In this document: piece by piece, positions 10,808-24,863 of the stretch
How the letters are laid out: every line of letters begins with the position of its first letter
Numbering within the stretch: position 1 is the first letter of the stretch
Assembly: GCA_010093815.1 (NCBI GenBank)
Contig: ML996572.1
Source: Pseudovirgaria hyperparasitica
Lineage: Eukaryota
Direction: 5' to 3' (one strand)
Length of the DNA stretch: 64,000 nt
The notes under the pieces: generated by a model
The model's database searches: none
What the model was told of the DNA's origin: nothing
The model's input: only the letters and a program-made list of their open reading frames with translations
Translations under genes and position numbers: made by a program

Positions 10808-13800
10808 GCGGTTCTCCCGGGGTTCTTCCGATATATACCGGGGTTCTTCTAGTATATATCGGGCTTCTTCTAGTATATATATACGGGTCTACTAGAACTA
10901 GGGGAGAGGAAGGTATATAAGTATCTATCGGGCGACGTCCTTAGAGTACTTATTAAGCTATTATATAATATCGGAGGTTCTCGTTATATAGATAAGGGCT
11001 TATCTTAGAGTATAGAGACTAGAGTACGTCGTAAGGTAGTAGCGTATTATACCTCTCTAGCCGTAGTCCTCGTACTAGAGAGATATATCTAGGATACCTC
11101 TCTAGTAGAGATAATATAGAAGATCTATAGCGCCTATTCGGGCTTAGAGGAGTATAGATGCTTAGGCCTTTATTAGCCCTTTATATATCTATTTACTCGG
11201 TTTCTTCTAAGGCCCTCGGATCTATTCTAGATACCTATTCTATTAGGAGGCCTACTAGGCTTTAAGTACCTCCCTCTATTTATTCTAGATCTATAACTAT
11301 ATAACGCGGCTAAGCTCCTTAGGGCTCTATTAGCTTAGGACGGTATCCGGGTTATTTTAAACCTCCTATATAGTCTAGCTTAAGTCCGCCTCTATATAGT
11401 ATTTATATTATACTTAAGTTTATTCTATAGTAGGGAGGGCCTAGTAATATACGCGGATACGTGTACGTAGTACAGCGAAGGTATATACTCTATCTCCTCT
11501 ACGTTCTTATACTTATTATTTAATAAAGTATATAAGTCTCTATATCTAGTAGAAGTTCTATATACTTATTATATTTATCTCGTGTTAGAGGAGCGTTATA
11601 TTAGTAGCTTTATATACACCGGAGATAAGGCGGAGTATACGGTTTTATATAGACTTAAGCTTTACCCGCTAAGCTTATATAAGGGCTATATACTAGTACT
11701 TGTGTCTATATATAAAGGCTAGGCGTGCTAGAGAGATATATAGCTATCTCGCCTTATCCTAGGCTATTCCCTATATAGATACCGTAATCCGGCGTATAGC
11801 GGTTTCTATCTAGAGGGCTCTAGAGACGCCGTATACTATCTATAGTCCCTATTTTAGCTTATTATTAATTATGATACCGAGTACGCGTATACTCTATGCT
11901 AGTAGTTCTATAAAGGCGTCGATTTAGGGGCGACGTGCCCCCTCCCTAGTAGCCTATTCTCTATAGCGGTTAATAAAGTACATAAGCTAGTATTTTTTAG
12001 GTGCGAATTTTACTCTATAGCGCTTTATCTACTAGACGTATTTCTCGTGGTCTCGTTCGAGTCGTGTATATATTCTACTAGTACTACTATCGACCATAAG
12101 GAGGTATATATCGTCCACGTATCTAACTATCTCTATATATTCTATTCTCTAAAGGAGGTCTACTATAAAGAAGAGGAAGAGAATCGGGGAGATAGTACTC
12201 CCTTACAGGATACCGTATACCATCTCCTTATATTCACTTCAGTATCCAGGAATATATATTTAAGTAGTCCTTTACGCGAGGAAGGACTATATAAATTATA
12301 TAATCTACTTAGGTATTCGCCTTATCCGGAGGTTATAGATAAGTCTTATATAGTTTACCTTATTAAACGCCTCTACTATATCTAGGGAGAGTAGTATAAT
12401 AACTCGTCCTTATTTCTATATAGTCTAGATAACCTTAAGGATATATTAAATAGCTATAATTAGGGAGCTTCCTACCTTCGCCTTCTAGTTTACTAGGAGA
12501 AGGCCGTATACCTATACTACTATACTTATCTTCTTAGTAATTATAGCTTCTAGTACCTTACTAAGGTAGAAGAGGAGGGCGATCGGCCTCTATCCCTTCG
12601 GTATATTTAGACTCTTCCCTAGTTTTAGAAGTATAACCGTATATATAGTTTAGAAGCTCTATAGGTAGTATCCTATACGGGCGCACGCTCGGAATATATA
12701 GCCTATAATTAGTAAGGTCGCCTATATAGTTCTCTTAAGGCATCGATTCGGAATTCTATCTAGCCTAGGCGCTTTATCGTTCGGGAGTATCTTAATAGCG
12801 CCGAGTATATCGTCCTCCGTGATTTCTCTAGGGATACTTATAGCTTCCGGGTATTCCGTGCTATTAATATCTAATAGGTCTATAGGTTCTAGGAGAGGTA
12901 ATATAACCTCTTATAGAATCTCTATTTTCTCAAGGCTCGTGGAGTATGTCTTTTCTTAATATATAAGGGGAGGTATAAGTGGTGTAGGTGTCGGGGAGGC
13001 GGTGCTTTTGGCCTATTTTACTATATACTATAGTCTAGTAGTATTACGTGTATATCTATCTATAACTATATACTACTATTTATATTACTCGTTACGGAGG
13101 ACCTTATCTTATTATCTTCTCGCCTCTCTCTATTTATCCTATACTTTAGGTATATGGTTATAGTATACGCGTATATATAATCTCTAGACTTCTCGCCTAT
13201 GCTCTTATACTTAAGGTATACTTTTCGGGTCTAGGGGTCTATATATTTAGTACGGCACGTGTTTATCTCTTACTCCCTAGTACGCCTATAGAAGTATATT
13301 CACGGCCTAGTCGATGGCCGGGCCATTAGATACGTCGACTATAGACGGGTCTAGGATCGTCGATTCTAGGTCCTTTAGGTACTTTTCCTAGTTAGTATCC
13401 TTCTATAGCTATTACCCTCGTTAGTCTTAAGGGGTAGATACGTCTATTACGGTCTCTATATATTTATAGTCGGAGTCTATCTATATAAGGCTTAGGCGGT
13501 AGTATTAAGTCCTATTATAAATATATCTAGTGGCTAGGGTAAGGTCGAGTGTAGATCCGCCCTTATCTTATTTATATTTTCGCTAGGTAATCTATTCTAC
13601 TAGTATAAGAAGGTATAGGAAGCCGTAGTATTAGATATATAGTTCTCTAGCTTAAAGCTCTTCGCGGGTAATAGTTAGTCTACCCTACTAGCTATAATAG
13701 AGGTTAAAGTCTCCTAGGAGGATATATTATCCTAGCTCGGTAGTACCCTTAAGCATGTTATCTACCTAAAGTAATCGGTTCTAATTATATATATTATATA

Positions 13801-14123
13801 TATAGAGGGGTCCGATATTTATCTAGAGGTGTAGTATTATTTAGAGGTTATTCCGTTTAGTATACGACTATAATAAGAGTAGAATAGACTTATAGATATG
13901 GAAGAGGACTCTCCTCTCCGGTCCTAGGGGGTGTATTATATAATATCCTAGGTGTATTATTAGTTTATTTATCTAGTAGTATTTATATAGCTCCTATATA
14001 GCGAGTATTACAGCTCCGGTCTCCTCGAGGAGTATTACCTAGTTCTTACGTTTATACTATACGTTTACCTATATAATTAGGAGTATATCTTGGTCTCTTA
14101 TTAGGTACTAGGGAATATATAGG

Positions 14124-17100
14124 TGTAAGAATAGGGTAGTTGGATAGTAGTGTAGCCAGATGGAACAATGGGGTGTATTCTATTATAGAACGAATTACTA
14201 CCGAACCCTTTCGGTAGGAATCCGAGAGTATATATATAAAGGGACGCCGATCTATCTAGCACGTAACTATTTACCGCCCTTCACGTCACCTCCTAACCCT
14301 ATTAGCTAAGGTATATATAGATCGGGTCCTACCTAAGGCTAAGTCCTAATAATTATCCCTCCCCTCTAGGAAGCTACCCTTAGCGACCTAGATCGTTACC
14401 TATCCCTATATCCCTATCCTAAGTCTCGTAAGACCTTAGTCGTTCTCTACGCTTCGTCTTAGATACTTACCGATATTCGCCGATCTAAGATTTACATAAG
14501 CGTTTTCCTAATAAACTAGATTTTATCCATCTTAACTTCTTATATAGGTGAGATTGCCTAATTAGGCCTAGCGTATTACGTGATATGATTAGGTAAGCCC
14601 GGGTACTACCTATATTAAAATCTTTTCTTAGAAATATTCCTTTCTTTAAAAAACTTCTTAACTCTTTATAGAGTTTTTTAGATTATTAGGTATATTACCC
14701 GATCCTTATAGATATAGATTTATATAGATTTACTACTATTTAGTGCGATTTACGTAATTTACTAATTTTCGTACCGTCCTTAGCTAGAAATAACATAATT
14801 CGTAATAATCCGTATAAATTAATAATAATTATAATATAGTTTCCCAAAATCTCGACGCTCTAAAGTAATTAGCGCGGAAATAGGCGCCTTCGAATAATCC
14901 CTATCTCGTATATGTTACCGACATGTCGAAAGCCATCGATCTACCCCGACCTAGGCCGGGCTCTAATAATCTAGCTATATATTATTATGGTTGTCGCTTT
15001 CCGTCGTATATTGCTTACGGTAGTACTAAATCTATAATATACGGTACTTATATAACTAAGAAGCGTTATTACTTATAGGTATTTAAGTAAGTTCGAAGAA
15101 CTTTACGTAGATTTACTTATATCGGTATAGATTACTACTAGGCCTCTAGTAACCCCTACTAATAAGGAGCGTGGTACTACCGATCGTAACGCCTTAGAGA
15201 AGGCTTTCTACGAGCTATATACCTAAGGTAAGGGTTACGCCTAGGAGTACGATTCTAATAAGATCCGTAAGGGTTTATTAGAATCTACTATAGCTATTAT
15301 TACCGCGATTACTAGGTAATATCGTTTTTCTTAAATTATTATAGATTCTTACTAATATGTATTAATCTCTATAATAGTGCTAAAATCTCTACTACTTCGG
15401 ACTTCTTTCTATATACCGGCGATATTAAAATTCCTAGAAAAGGTTCTAGTAAAAAGGCTAAGGTTCCTTCCTCGCGCGTGCTAAAGAGCCGTAAATTTAG
15501 AGAAGATGGCTCTAATCTAGAAGTTTCTATACTAACGGTATATGGTTCTATACCGATCGTTGAATCTTTTCGCTAATTTATATAATTCTTAGCGTGCCCG
15601 CGCCGGTCCGTCCCTCTCTATCCCGGGTTCCGCCGCTCCGTAGGTTTCTATAGAAGAGTTCATAGCTATAAGGCGCGCTATATAGAATTTATAGCATCGG
15701 AATAAAAGGCTAGAGACTTATATTATAAAGCTCTATACTATACTAAATAAGAACTAGCGGAAGGAATTAGATGCAACCATCGCGGTAATTAGTACTTCTA
15801 CTCCTACTCCGACTTAATCGGTTTAGATCTACACCAATCGGTGCTAATATATCTCTTTTATCTGGCGTTTTGGTTTTTTCGGTTTTAATTTTAAAGCGAT
15901 CTTACTTCTTCTAGATAGATTAGTACGAGTTTATATAGATCTATATAGATCTTTATATTTTCTTTTAGCTTTCTTAATTTTATCTTTCTTTAATAATAAC
16001 TTCTTTAATCTCTTTAGTAATCTATACCGATCTATACCGATCGGCACCGATTTTCGATGTCCATTTCTCTTAGTGAATTATTTTTCTAAGTCTCTTTTTT
16101 AGTTAATTTTTTTTTAAAGTTCTAAGTTCGAACTTTCTAAGGAAGTTCCTCAATTCCTTAGAATGTTTTAAAGATCTATGTCTCTTTCACCTTCTTCCTT
16201 TTAGGCGGCCGTCCTTAGCGCCGAACTATACTAAAAAACATCGAATTACCGTACTTTAGCATAATTCTCTGCGATTCCGCGGCTTCCTTTGCTAATCGCT
16301 ACTTATACGCTAATATCGCTGCTTTACTAATGTATATTACGGGTTCCTAAGTATCTTCGTTAGGATTATACCCTTTCTAATGAATTTTATATAGCCACGT
16401 GCCATCTTCGGCACGTTATTAGCCTAGTATCTACTTAACTTCGTAGATATCCGCACCTCCCTACGTAACTACTTTATATAACATCTATTTAGAATAATCC
16501 GGTAACGATAAGGCATGGAATAGCTCGAGAAGCGTGATATGGAACATATTATATATCTTTAACGTGGGAGGGAGTTTCAACTCATACGCCTGGTCATTGA
16601 TTACACGAGTAACCTTAAATAGACCTATTATCGTGTAGTTAAGCTTCTTCTTCAGCCTAATACTACGAATATTCTTACTATTTAGTAAAACTTTATCTCT
16701 AATATTAAAGATTATAGGCTTTCTACCCTTATTATGGTACGATTTACTATAATCTATAGTATCTTATAATAACTTTATAACGCTTCTTTACGTTTAGAAT
16801 AGTTCTATCGTAATCTCCGTCGCCTTAACGTTAGGCTACTCTGATTTATACTAAGTTCCTATAAACTATACTTTATGGTTTCGACCGAAGTTTGCTTTGA
16901 ACGGACTTACGTGGGTTAACGCATGTCGGCTATTATTATACGCGAATTCCGCGACATAGACTAACCTTACCTAGTTATCTTACTTATAGTTATAATATAC
17001 GCGTAAATACGCCTTAACTATCTAATTCTACCGCTCTATCTACCTATCTATTTATAGGTGGAACGTGGTACTAAGTTTCCGCTTAATTCCTAGTATATAG

Positions 17101-20100
17101 TAGAAATCCTTCTAAAACTTAGACGTTATCTACGGACCTCTATCCGAAACTATACCATTCGGTATACTATAGAGCCGAACTACGTCACGAAGTAGTATAT
17201 CTATAAGATCCGGTGCTTAGATTATCTTCCTTATAGGGATGTAGTATAACATCTTCGTAAATCTATCTAGAACTACGAGTAAACTATTATAAACATACCT
17301 AAGATACTTACTTAGGGGTAGATCTGTGATAAAATCCATCGATAATTCTTTCCATGCCTCATTTAGCATAGGCAATGGCCTTAATTCACTATATAGCAAG
17401 TGTCTATATACTTTCGTATGCTGGTAAACGTTACACGTTTTTACGTAGTCCTTTATATACTTATAAAGACCTAGCTAGTCGTACGTCCTTCGGATTAAAT
17501 CGACCGTCCTTATAACGCCGAAGTGCCCTACTAACGCGTAATCGTGCTATTCCCTTAAAACATCGATTCGTAAGCCGCCTTCCGGCACGTAGAGTCGGCC
17601 TTAGAAGTAGATCGCGTCCGATCGTCGTTCCTACCTTAATAACCACGGCGGTTCTATAGCTATTCTCTTTATACTTATAACTTTCTTTACTAATATATCG
17701 GAATTCTAGGTAGATTTAATTAAGTCTTTAAGGATTTACTCTGTTTCTTGGACGTTAGTTTAGATTACTTAATACCCGCTCTAATTCCCGCGGAGAGTCG
17801 CCGAAAGTGTCCTAGCTTCCGGCACTCTATTAGATAACTAGTCTTTTAGTATCTATAGTATAGTATAGTCTAAATTACACCGACTATCTACGTTATTCTA
17901 CGACGATTTCTCATAATCTTTACGCCGTGATAGAGGATCTGCTTTATTCTCTCTTCTAGCTTTATATAAGATTTTAAAGTTAAATATTAACATCCACTTA
18001 GCCCAACGTACTTATCGGCGATTAAGGACCTTAGTCAATATAAAGTAACGTAGATTTGCGTGATCCGATAATAATTCAATCTAATATACAGAGCCTTCTA
18101 AATAATATCACTATTACTTAAAACTCTTAATAATTACAAGTAGTTCCTGGTCGTACGTGTTATAACGCGTCTCTATATCCGCCATTTTACGGGAAAAGAA
18201 GGCGACCGGGTACTATTACACCTTATCTTTCATATCTTTATACGGTTAACTAATGATTCTAGTAATTACGAATCTAGATGCGTCTATTTCGACCTAAATA
18301 TGCTTCTCGGGATCGAAATGCCTAAGAATCGGCGTAGTTATAAAGTAATTCTTTAACGATCGGAACGTATCTCGCGCTTCCGGCGTTAACTATATCTCGA
18401 CCGACTTAGCTTTACGCTATACTCGCCCACCTATAGGGATTTTACCGCCATTCTCGATAAGTTTATTAAGCGGCGCCGCAATTCGTAAGAAACCTATAAT
18501 GAATTTACGATAATAGTTTACGAAACCTATAAACGTCCTGATTTAACGTATAGTAGTAGGTTCTAGCCATTCTATAATGGTCTTAACACGCTCTAGCTCC
18601 ATTTTAAGGCCGCCGTGTATTATAATAAAGCCGAGAAACCCAACTTCTTATTAGTAAAACTTATATTTAGACAACTTTACGTAGAGTTTATACTGTCTTA
18701 AACGATTTAGCACCAATTTCACGTGTTCTTCGTGATCCTACATGCTATCGGAGTAAATTAGTATGTCATCGAGGTAAACTACGTAGATTACATTAAGTAA
18801 TCCTATAAGTATAGTATTAATATATCCTTAGAACGCTCCTAGCGCATTTATTAGCCTAAACGGCACAATAGTATACTTAAAATAACCATATCTAGTCCGA
18901 AATGCGGTTTTCCACTTATCTCCGCGACGGATTCGAAGCCGGTAATATATATCTCATAAATCTAGCTTCATAAAGTACTTTGCCTTCGTTAATTAGTCTA
19001 AAGATTTACTAACTAATAGTAATGGGTGACGATTCTTCTTAGTCACTATATTTAGTACTCGATAGTCGATGTATAGACGTAAACTTCCGTCTTTCTTCTT
19101 CACGAAGAGAATAGGTACGCCGGCTAATAATATACTACGACGTATCTAGCCTCTTCCGAGATATTCTTCGATATATTTATAAAGAACTTCGAGTTCTAGT
19201 CTCGAAAGTAGGTAAAGTAGACTATAAGGGACGTCTACTCCCTCTTCGAGCTCGATCTTTAGCTTATACGGCCTATGGTTAGGGAGAAGTAACGCGTCTC
19301 CTACCGAAAACACATCCGTATACTACGAATATACGTCAGGTAGCGTGTCTTTACCCCGATTATTACCATCCTCTTCATCTTCATCGACGATCGATAGGGA
19401 TATAAGATAGATTAGCAACGATCGGGTCCGCACGGCGAGGTTCCATGCCTCCTTACTAATAGTTACGACTTACTAGTATAATTTACCGCGATGTCGACGG
19501 AACGTTAATGTCTCCTTCTAAAAATCGAGGATTGGGTTTAGGCGTTTAAGCTAAGGCATCCCTAGAATTATATTCTATTAGCTAATATTAGCCACGATGA
19601 ATTCATTAGACATCTACTATTTTATTATCTTTGAGTTATGAACTTCGTAATTCGTTATAGTTTTACCTAAAGTTCTAACTTTATGTCTATTAACTACAAT
19701 GGTTCAGCTAACTTTACTAAGATCGTATAATAATCTATACTCCTTAGCGAGAATCGATAAAATATAGTTATCTTCTATACTAGTATCCACGAGGGCCTAT
19801 ATAGTTTTATTACCATTTACTATAGATAACGATACTTTTAGTAATATTAGGTCTTTACTCGCCGGAAGGCGCTGCGGCTCCTCCTAAGTATATATAATTT
19901 AGCTAAGAACGCGGTTAGGTCTCGCGTACTAGCCTATTCTTTTTTTGGATTCTTATAGTTAGGCGAAATATATCCCTTTTCTCTATACTTATAGTAATAA
20001 AGTGCGCTATGATCCTACTGTTTTACGATAGGCGTTACATTTAAGCCTATGCCTTATCCTTTTCCGTATTAGGAACCACCGCCTCGATTGTTTTAGTATC

Positions 20101-21509
20101 CTCTTAACGCGTTTCTACCCCGATTTACGCTCTTCTAGCGTTAATCGCGGTAAGGTTACTCTTAATCGAACGTATTCGATCGACCTCGTTTCTAACCCGT
20201 ATAGGGTTCGTCGGTTTTGCCTAGAGAGCCGCGTTCCTTAAGGATGCGGTAGTGTTCGTTAGCTTTCTCCTCTAATTTATATAGATGGTTAAAACTTAAT
20301 AATACTATTCCTAATCTTTCGCGGATTAACGGGAGTAGTACTTCGCGAAACTAGAATATACGAATATTTTCCTATAGTATAGGGATATTATCCTAGAGGT
20401 TTTATAGGTATTATAGTAGTTAAGTAGGTGTCTGGTTCGGTCGTTATACCACGCTTCTTAACTTAGATAGTACCTTTCTTTCGCGTTCTCCGTTAGTTCC
20501 GAGGGTATTTAGTATAAATATAGCTAAATACTCCCAGGTTGTCGCCGATAGTAGCTTGGCTTCTTTCTATCTATCCTATTAATCGCGGGATTATGAACCT
20601 AAGTAACGTTCTCCGAATGAAATGCGTTATACTTCGGTAGAAAAGAGTATAGGGTTGTTAAGGAAGTACTTCTCGTAGTCTCTCTTCTAATCTTTCCACT
20701 TCTTTTGGTTCTTCCCTATAAATATAGTCGGATCTTTAGGTTTCGGCACACCTAAGGAGGGAGTAGGGTAAATTGGTAACGAAGCGGCCGGGTATACGGT
20801 GGATTATCGTAACTCTAATGGTAGGTGAACTAATTCCGCCTGAATTAGTATAGGAAGTCGTCCACCTACTATCGTTCCGCGTAGTCTTTTAAGAGACTCG
20901 TTAAGTTCTCGTCGTTTTGCGAGGAGTTTCGTACGTTCGGTCTATTCTTTAAGGATCTATATCTCTCGGGCTTGATTGGCGATGTGCTCCTGTAGTTCGG
21001 CGATTAATGGTTGTAATTCCTTGTATAGCTCTGCCACGACTCGTTGTCTAGCTTCCTATCATAGGAAGTCGCTTAGTGTATCTACTATTTCCTTATTAGA
21101 AAGTTCCGTGATTCGGTCGAACATCTCTACTTCTCTATTAAGAACGGCCGGATTTAATACCGATTATAGAGGATCCCTGTTATTTAATGTAGTGTTACTT
21201 GTCCCTATAGTGGATCGTGTCGACCTTCTTGGTTCTAGTTGGACTATCTTAACTATAGTACTATATAGGGAGTAATTCGAATGTAAGAATAGGGTAGTTG
21301 GATAGTAGTATAGCTAGATAGAATAATAGGGTGTATTCTATTATAGAACGAATTACTACCGAACCCTTTCGGTAGGAATCCGAGAGTATATATATAAAGG
21401 GACGCCGATCTATCTAGTACGTGACTGTTTACCGCCCTTCACGTCACCTCCTGACCCTGTTAGCTAAGGTACGTGTAGGTCGGGTCCTACCTAAGGCTAA
21501 GTCCTAACA
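14124..21509 (-). mobile_element. Gypsy chromovirus copy A2, full length, inserted near the ORF1/ORF2 junction of L2
   Basis: LTRs at 14124-14351 and 21282-21509; TSD ATAGG at 14119-14123 and 21510-21514; intact RT YLDD codons at ~18765-18777 (minus). Confidence 0.97.
14923..15817 (+). pseudogene. Antisense accessory gene copy in A2
   Basis: ATG at 14923; colinear with 2044-2938; retains a TGT (Cys) codon at 14992. Confidence 0.8.
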
Positions 21510-22953
21510 ATAGGCCTATATATTTATTCCTCTAAGACGCGACTATCCTCGTATAGCGGCAGCCTTAGTAATTCCTTAGGGCTATCCTATTATTAGCTTT
21601 CTCGGGATAGTTTACTATTTCTAACTACTTTCTCGTAAGGAGGTAGTCTATAGTAGTAGTATTATAGTAAAGAGAGGAACGGTAGTAGATTACATTATTT
21701 ATAGCTACCTTACTCCCTTTATCCGGATTAAGTAGATATATTTAGTAATCTATTTGCGTTTCGTGCACGTAGCCGACTACGATAGGTGCTTACTATCGTA
21801 GTTAGAGTACTTCGTCGTATCTCTATCCCTCTAGCCCTCTCCTTATATCCCGTAGGGGTACTTCTAGATACTATATTCTTATTAATACTATCTATACCTA
21901 GTCTTTTAGAAGTACCGCTATACCGTATATCTATATCCCTAATAGTTAAAGTACTATATTATCGCCTATACTCTATCCTATAGTTCCGCTATAAGAAGCT
22001 CCCCTTCTACTAGAAATCCCTCTTACATAATTTAATATACGAGGGCGGGGTCCTTAAGCTCTACTATTATAGTAGAGTATGCCTTTAATCTAGTTTTAAT
22101 CCCTTATATATTCTTCTACTATACTCTTATGATCTTAATCTCTAGGTATTTTTACTCGTTTAACTATTCTATCCGTGTGATATCCTCTTCTCTAATAATC
22201 TATCCGCTTATAGATATAGAGTATATCTATATCGGGTATATGGCCGCTCTAATAGAGGCGCCTAGGAAGATACTACTAATCGCGTTTAGATTACGCGAGA
22301 TAGTCTACTACGCGATATTCGTTATTATAGTAAGTACTACTCCTTCTAGCGTAAGTTTAGCGGTAATAACATTTAACTATATTCCCTTTTATTTATTAAT
22401 CTTACTTACTATATCCTTTAGGGATGCTTACTAGACCTATACTAGGGTATCCTTATCCTAGATTATAACGTATATACTATACGCCACATCACCGGTCCGG
22501 GGGGCCCATAGTATAGCCTCCGGTATTACTACTATTTATACCTATATACTAGGGCGCTTACCTTAAGTAAGTTCCTCCTAGATTCTATATAGACTAGCCT
22601 CTATTCGGTTAAGCCTACCCTCCGGTCCTCCTAGTTATATCTTCTTCTCCTCCTCTATAATTCCCTTTAGATTCTAGATAAGATTCTAGAATATATATAG
22701 AAGGGTCTTCTAGCCCTCTCCGGCTTCCTTCTCTATATATACTACCTAGTAGTTAATATAATCTAGAAGGGTTTCCCCTCTCGGGGTCCCCTTTATTCCG
22801 TCTATCTATAGTAGCGTACGCCTTTAGGTATATTCTATATTTTAGATAGGTGTATAGTTACCCTTAGTAATATCGCTATATAGCCTTTTCTATCGTACCG
22901 GTAGGGGTATATCCGGTATATACTAGGGTATATTAGTGCCTAAGGCCGCTATA

Positions 22954-22986
22954 TTTATTAGTTAAGGGCTACCCTTAACTAATAAA
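22954..22986. repeat. L2 5' palindrome, immediately upstream of ORF1
   Basis: tttattagttaaggg-cta-cccttaactaataaa. Confidence 0.95.
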
Positions 22987-23770
22987 AGGGGGTCGGCGTA
23001 TTAGTATTCTAGTAGCGTGGTCCGTGCCTCTATCTCCGTGAGGATTTTAAGAGGGTATATATATATCTTTATACGGTAATAACGTCTTGGTTTCGACGCT
23101 ATACGTATATACGTGTAGTAGTAGTTAGTATACTCGGTATACTCTATTAATTAAGATATGTATCTCGCTATATTACTCTAAATAGACTAAGTTAGCCTCT
23201 TAGGGATGTAAAAGAAGTTTTGATTTTAAAGTTATCGCCTATTTCTATACTAATTACTTTAGAGCGTTAAGATTTTAGAAAACTATATTATAATTATTAC
23301 TAATTTATATAGATTATTACGAATTATATTATTACTAGCTAAGGATAGTATAAAAATTAGTAAATTATATAAATCATACTAAATTATAGTAAATCTATAT
23401 AAATCTATATCTATAAGGATTAGGTAATATATCTAATAATCTAAAAAACTCTATAAAGAGTTAAGAAGTTTTTTAAAGAAAGGAATATTTCTAAGAAAAG
23501 ATTTTAATATAGATAGTATCTAGGCTTATCTAATTATATTACGTAATACGCTAGACCTAATTAGGTAATCTTATCTATATAAGAAGTTAAGATAGATAAA
23601 ATCTAGTTTATTAGGAAAACGCTTATATAAATCTTAGATTAGTAAATATTAGTAAGTATCTAAGACGAAGTATAGAGAATAACTAAGGTCTTACGAGACT
23701 TAGAATAGGGATATAGAGATAGATAATAATCTAGGTCGCTAAGGGTAGCTTCCTAGAGAGAAGGGATAAT

Positions 23771-23998
23771 TATTAGAACTTAGCCTTAGATAGAACCCGA
23801 TCTATATATATCTTAGCTAATAGAGTTAGAAGGTAACGTAAAGGGCGGTAAATAGTTATATACTAGATAGATTAGCGTCCCTTTATATATATACTCTTAG
23901 ATTTCTACTAAAAGGGTTTAGTAGTAATTCGTTCTATAATAGAATATACTCTATTATTCTATCTAACTATACTACTATCTAATAACTCTATTCTTATA
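23771..23998 (+). repeat. A0 3' LTR
   Basis: 228-bp reverse complement of the A LTR, preceded by PPT agagagaagggataat. Confidence 0.93.
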
Positions 23999-24301
23999 CT
24001 AATAGACTAATACTTAGAGTTTCTAGGCCCTGGAACCCTTAGAAAATTATCTAGTATACTTATAGCTAAAACTTCTCACACCCCAACGGACTAAACTGGT
24101 TAATTCGGGGTAAAACAGCGATTTACATACATTAAACGATAGAGTATACCGAGTATAATAACCTCCGACATACGTGCGTACGTGTAGCGTATAATACGCG
24201 ACGATACCAACGTGTAGAGATACTATATATATACGCTCGAAGACTCTTCGATAACACGAGCATAGACTATATCTAATAAACGCCGACACGCCGACCCCCT
24301 T

Positions 24302-24332
24302 TTATTAGTTAAGGGCTGCCCTTAACTAATAA
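24302..24332. repeat. L3 5' palindrome, 2 nt before the ORF1 ATG
   Basis: ttattagttaagggc-t-gcccttaactaataa, then ccATGG. Confidence 0.95.
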
Positions 24333-24863
24333 CCATGGCGGCCTTAGGTATCGTAATACCCTAGTATACGCTAGATATGCCCCTACTAGTACGGTAGAAA
24401 CGGCTATATAGCGACATTAATATAGATAGCTAGACACCTATCTAAAATATAGAAACTAACTAAGGGTGCGAAGCGCTATAGAAAACCTAGACTAAGGGGA
24501 CCCTAAGAGGGGAGACCCTCCTAGATAAAATCGAATACTAGGTAATACGTATAGAGAGGGACGCTAAGGAGAGAAAGAAGACCCTGTTAGGACGGGAACT
24601 ATAATAGACCTATATAGACCATTCTAATCCATGTAGCCACGTAGTGGCTAGAGCTAGGTTAAGTTAGCTAAGTTAAGCGAGGTTACTATATAAGTAGACC
24701 ATATAAACCGATTCCTACTTATTAGGAATTAACCTTATATAAGAGTAAGATTACTCTATAAATATATTCCTATATCTCTCTATGAACTATTAGACTACTA
24801 TCCTACGTCTTTACTCTTTATATTTTAATTCCTCTCTATATAGTATAATAGTAGCTTATAGAG

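Larger units (their letters stand above)
10531..23235 (-). mobile_element. LINE L2 (Tad1-like), apparently full length, interrupted by A2
   Basis: (TAA)n tail at 10531-10552; TSD CGCCTATTTCTA at 10519-10530 and 23236-23247; ORF2 (APE-RT-CCHC) ~10800-14118; ORF1 ~21530-22952; homologous to L3. Confidence 0.92.
814..23998 (+). mobile_element. Gypsy chromovirus copy A0 (3' half, heavily RIPed), in pieces 814-1243, 8635-10530 and 23248-23998; interrupted by A1 and L2
   Basis: Pieces are the reverse complement of the integrase, chromodomain and 3' region of A1/A3 and join across TSDs TAAAG and CGCCTATTTCTA. PPT at ~23755-23770, 3' LTR at 23771-23998. Confidence 0.9.
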
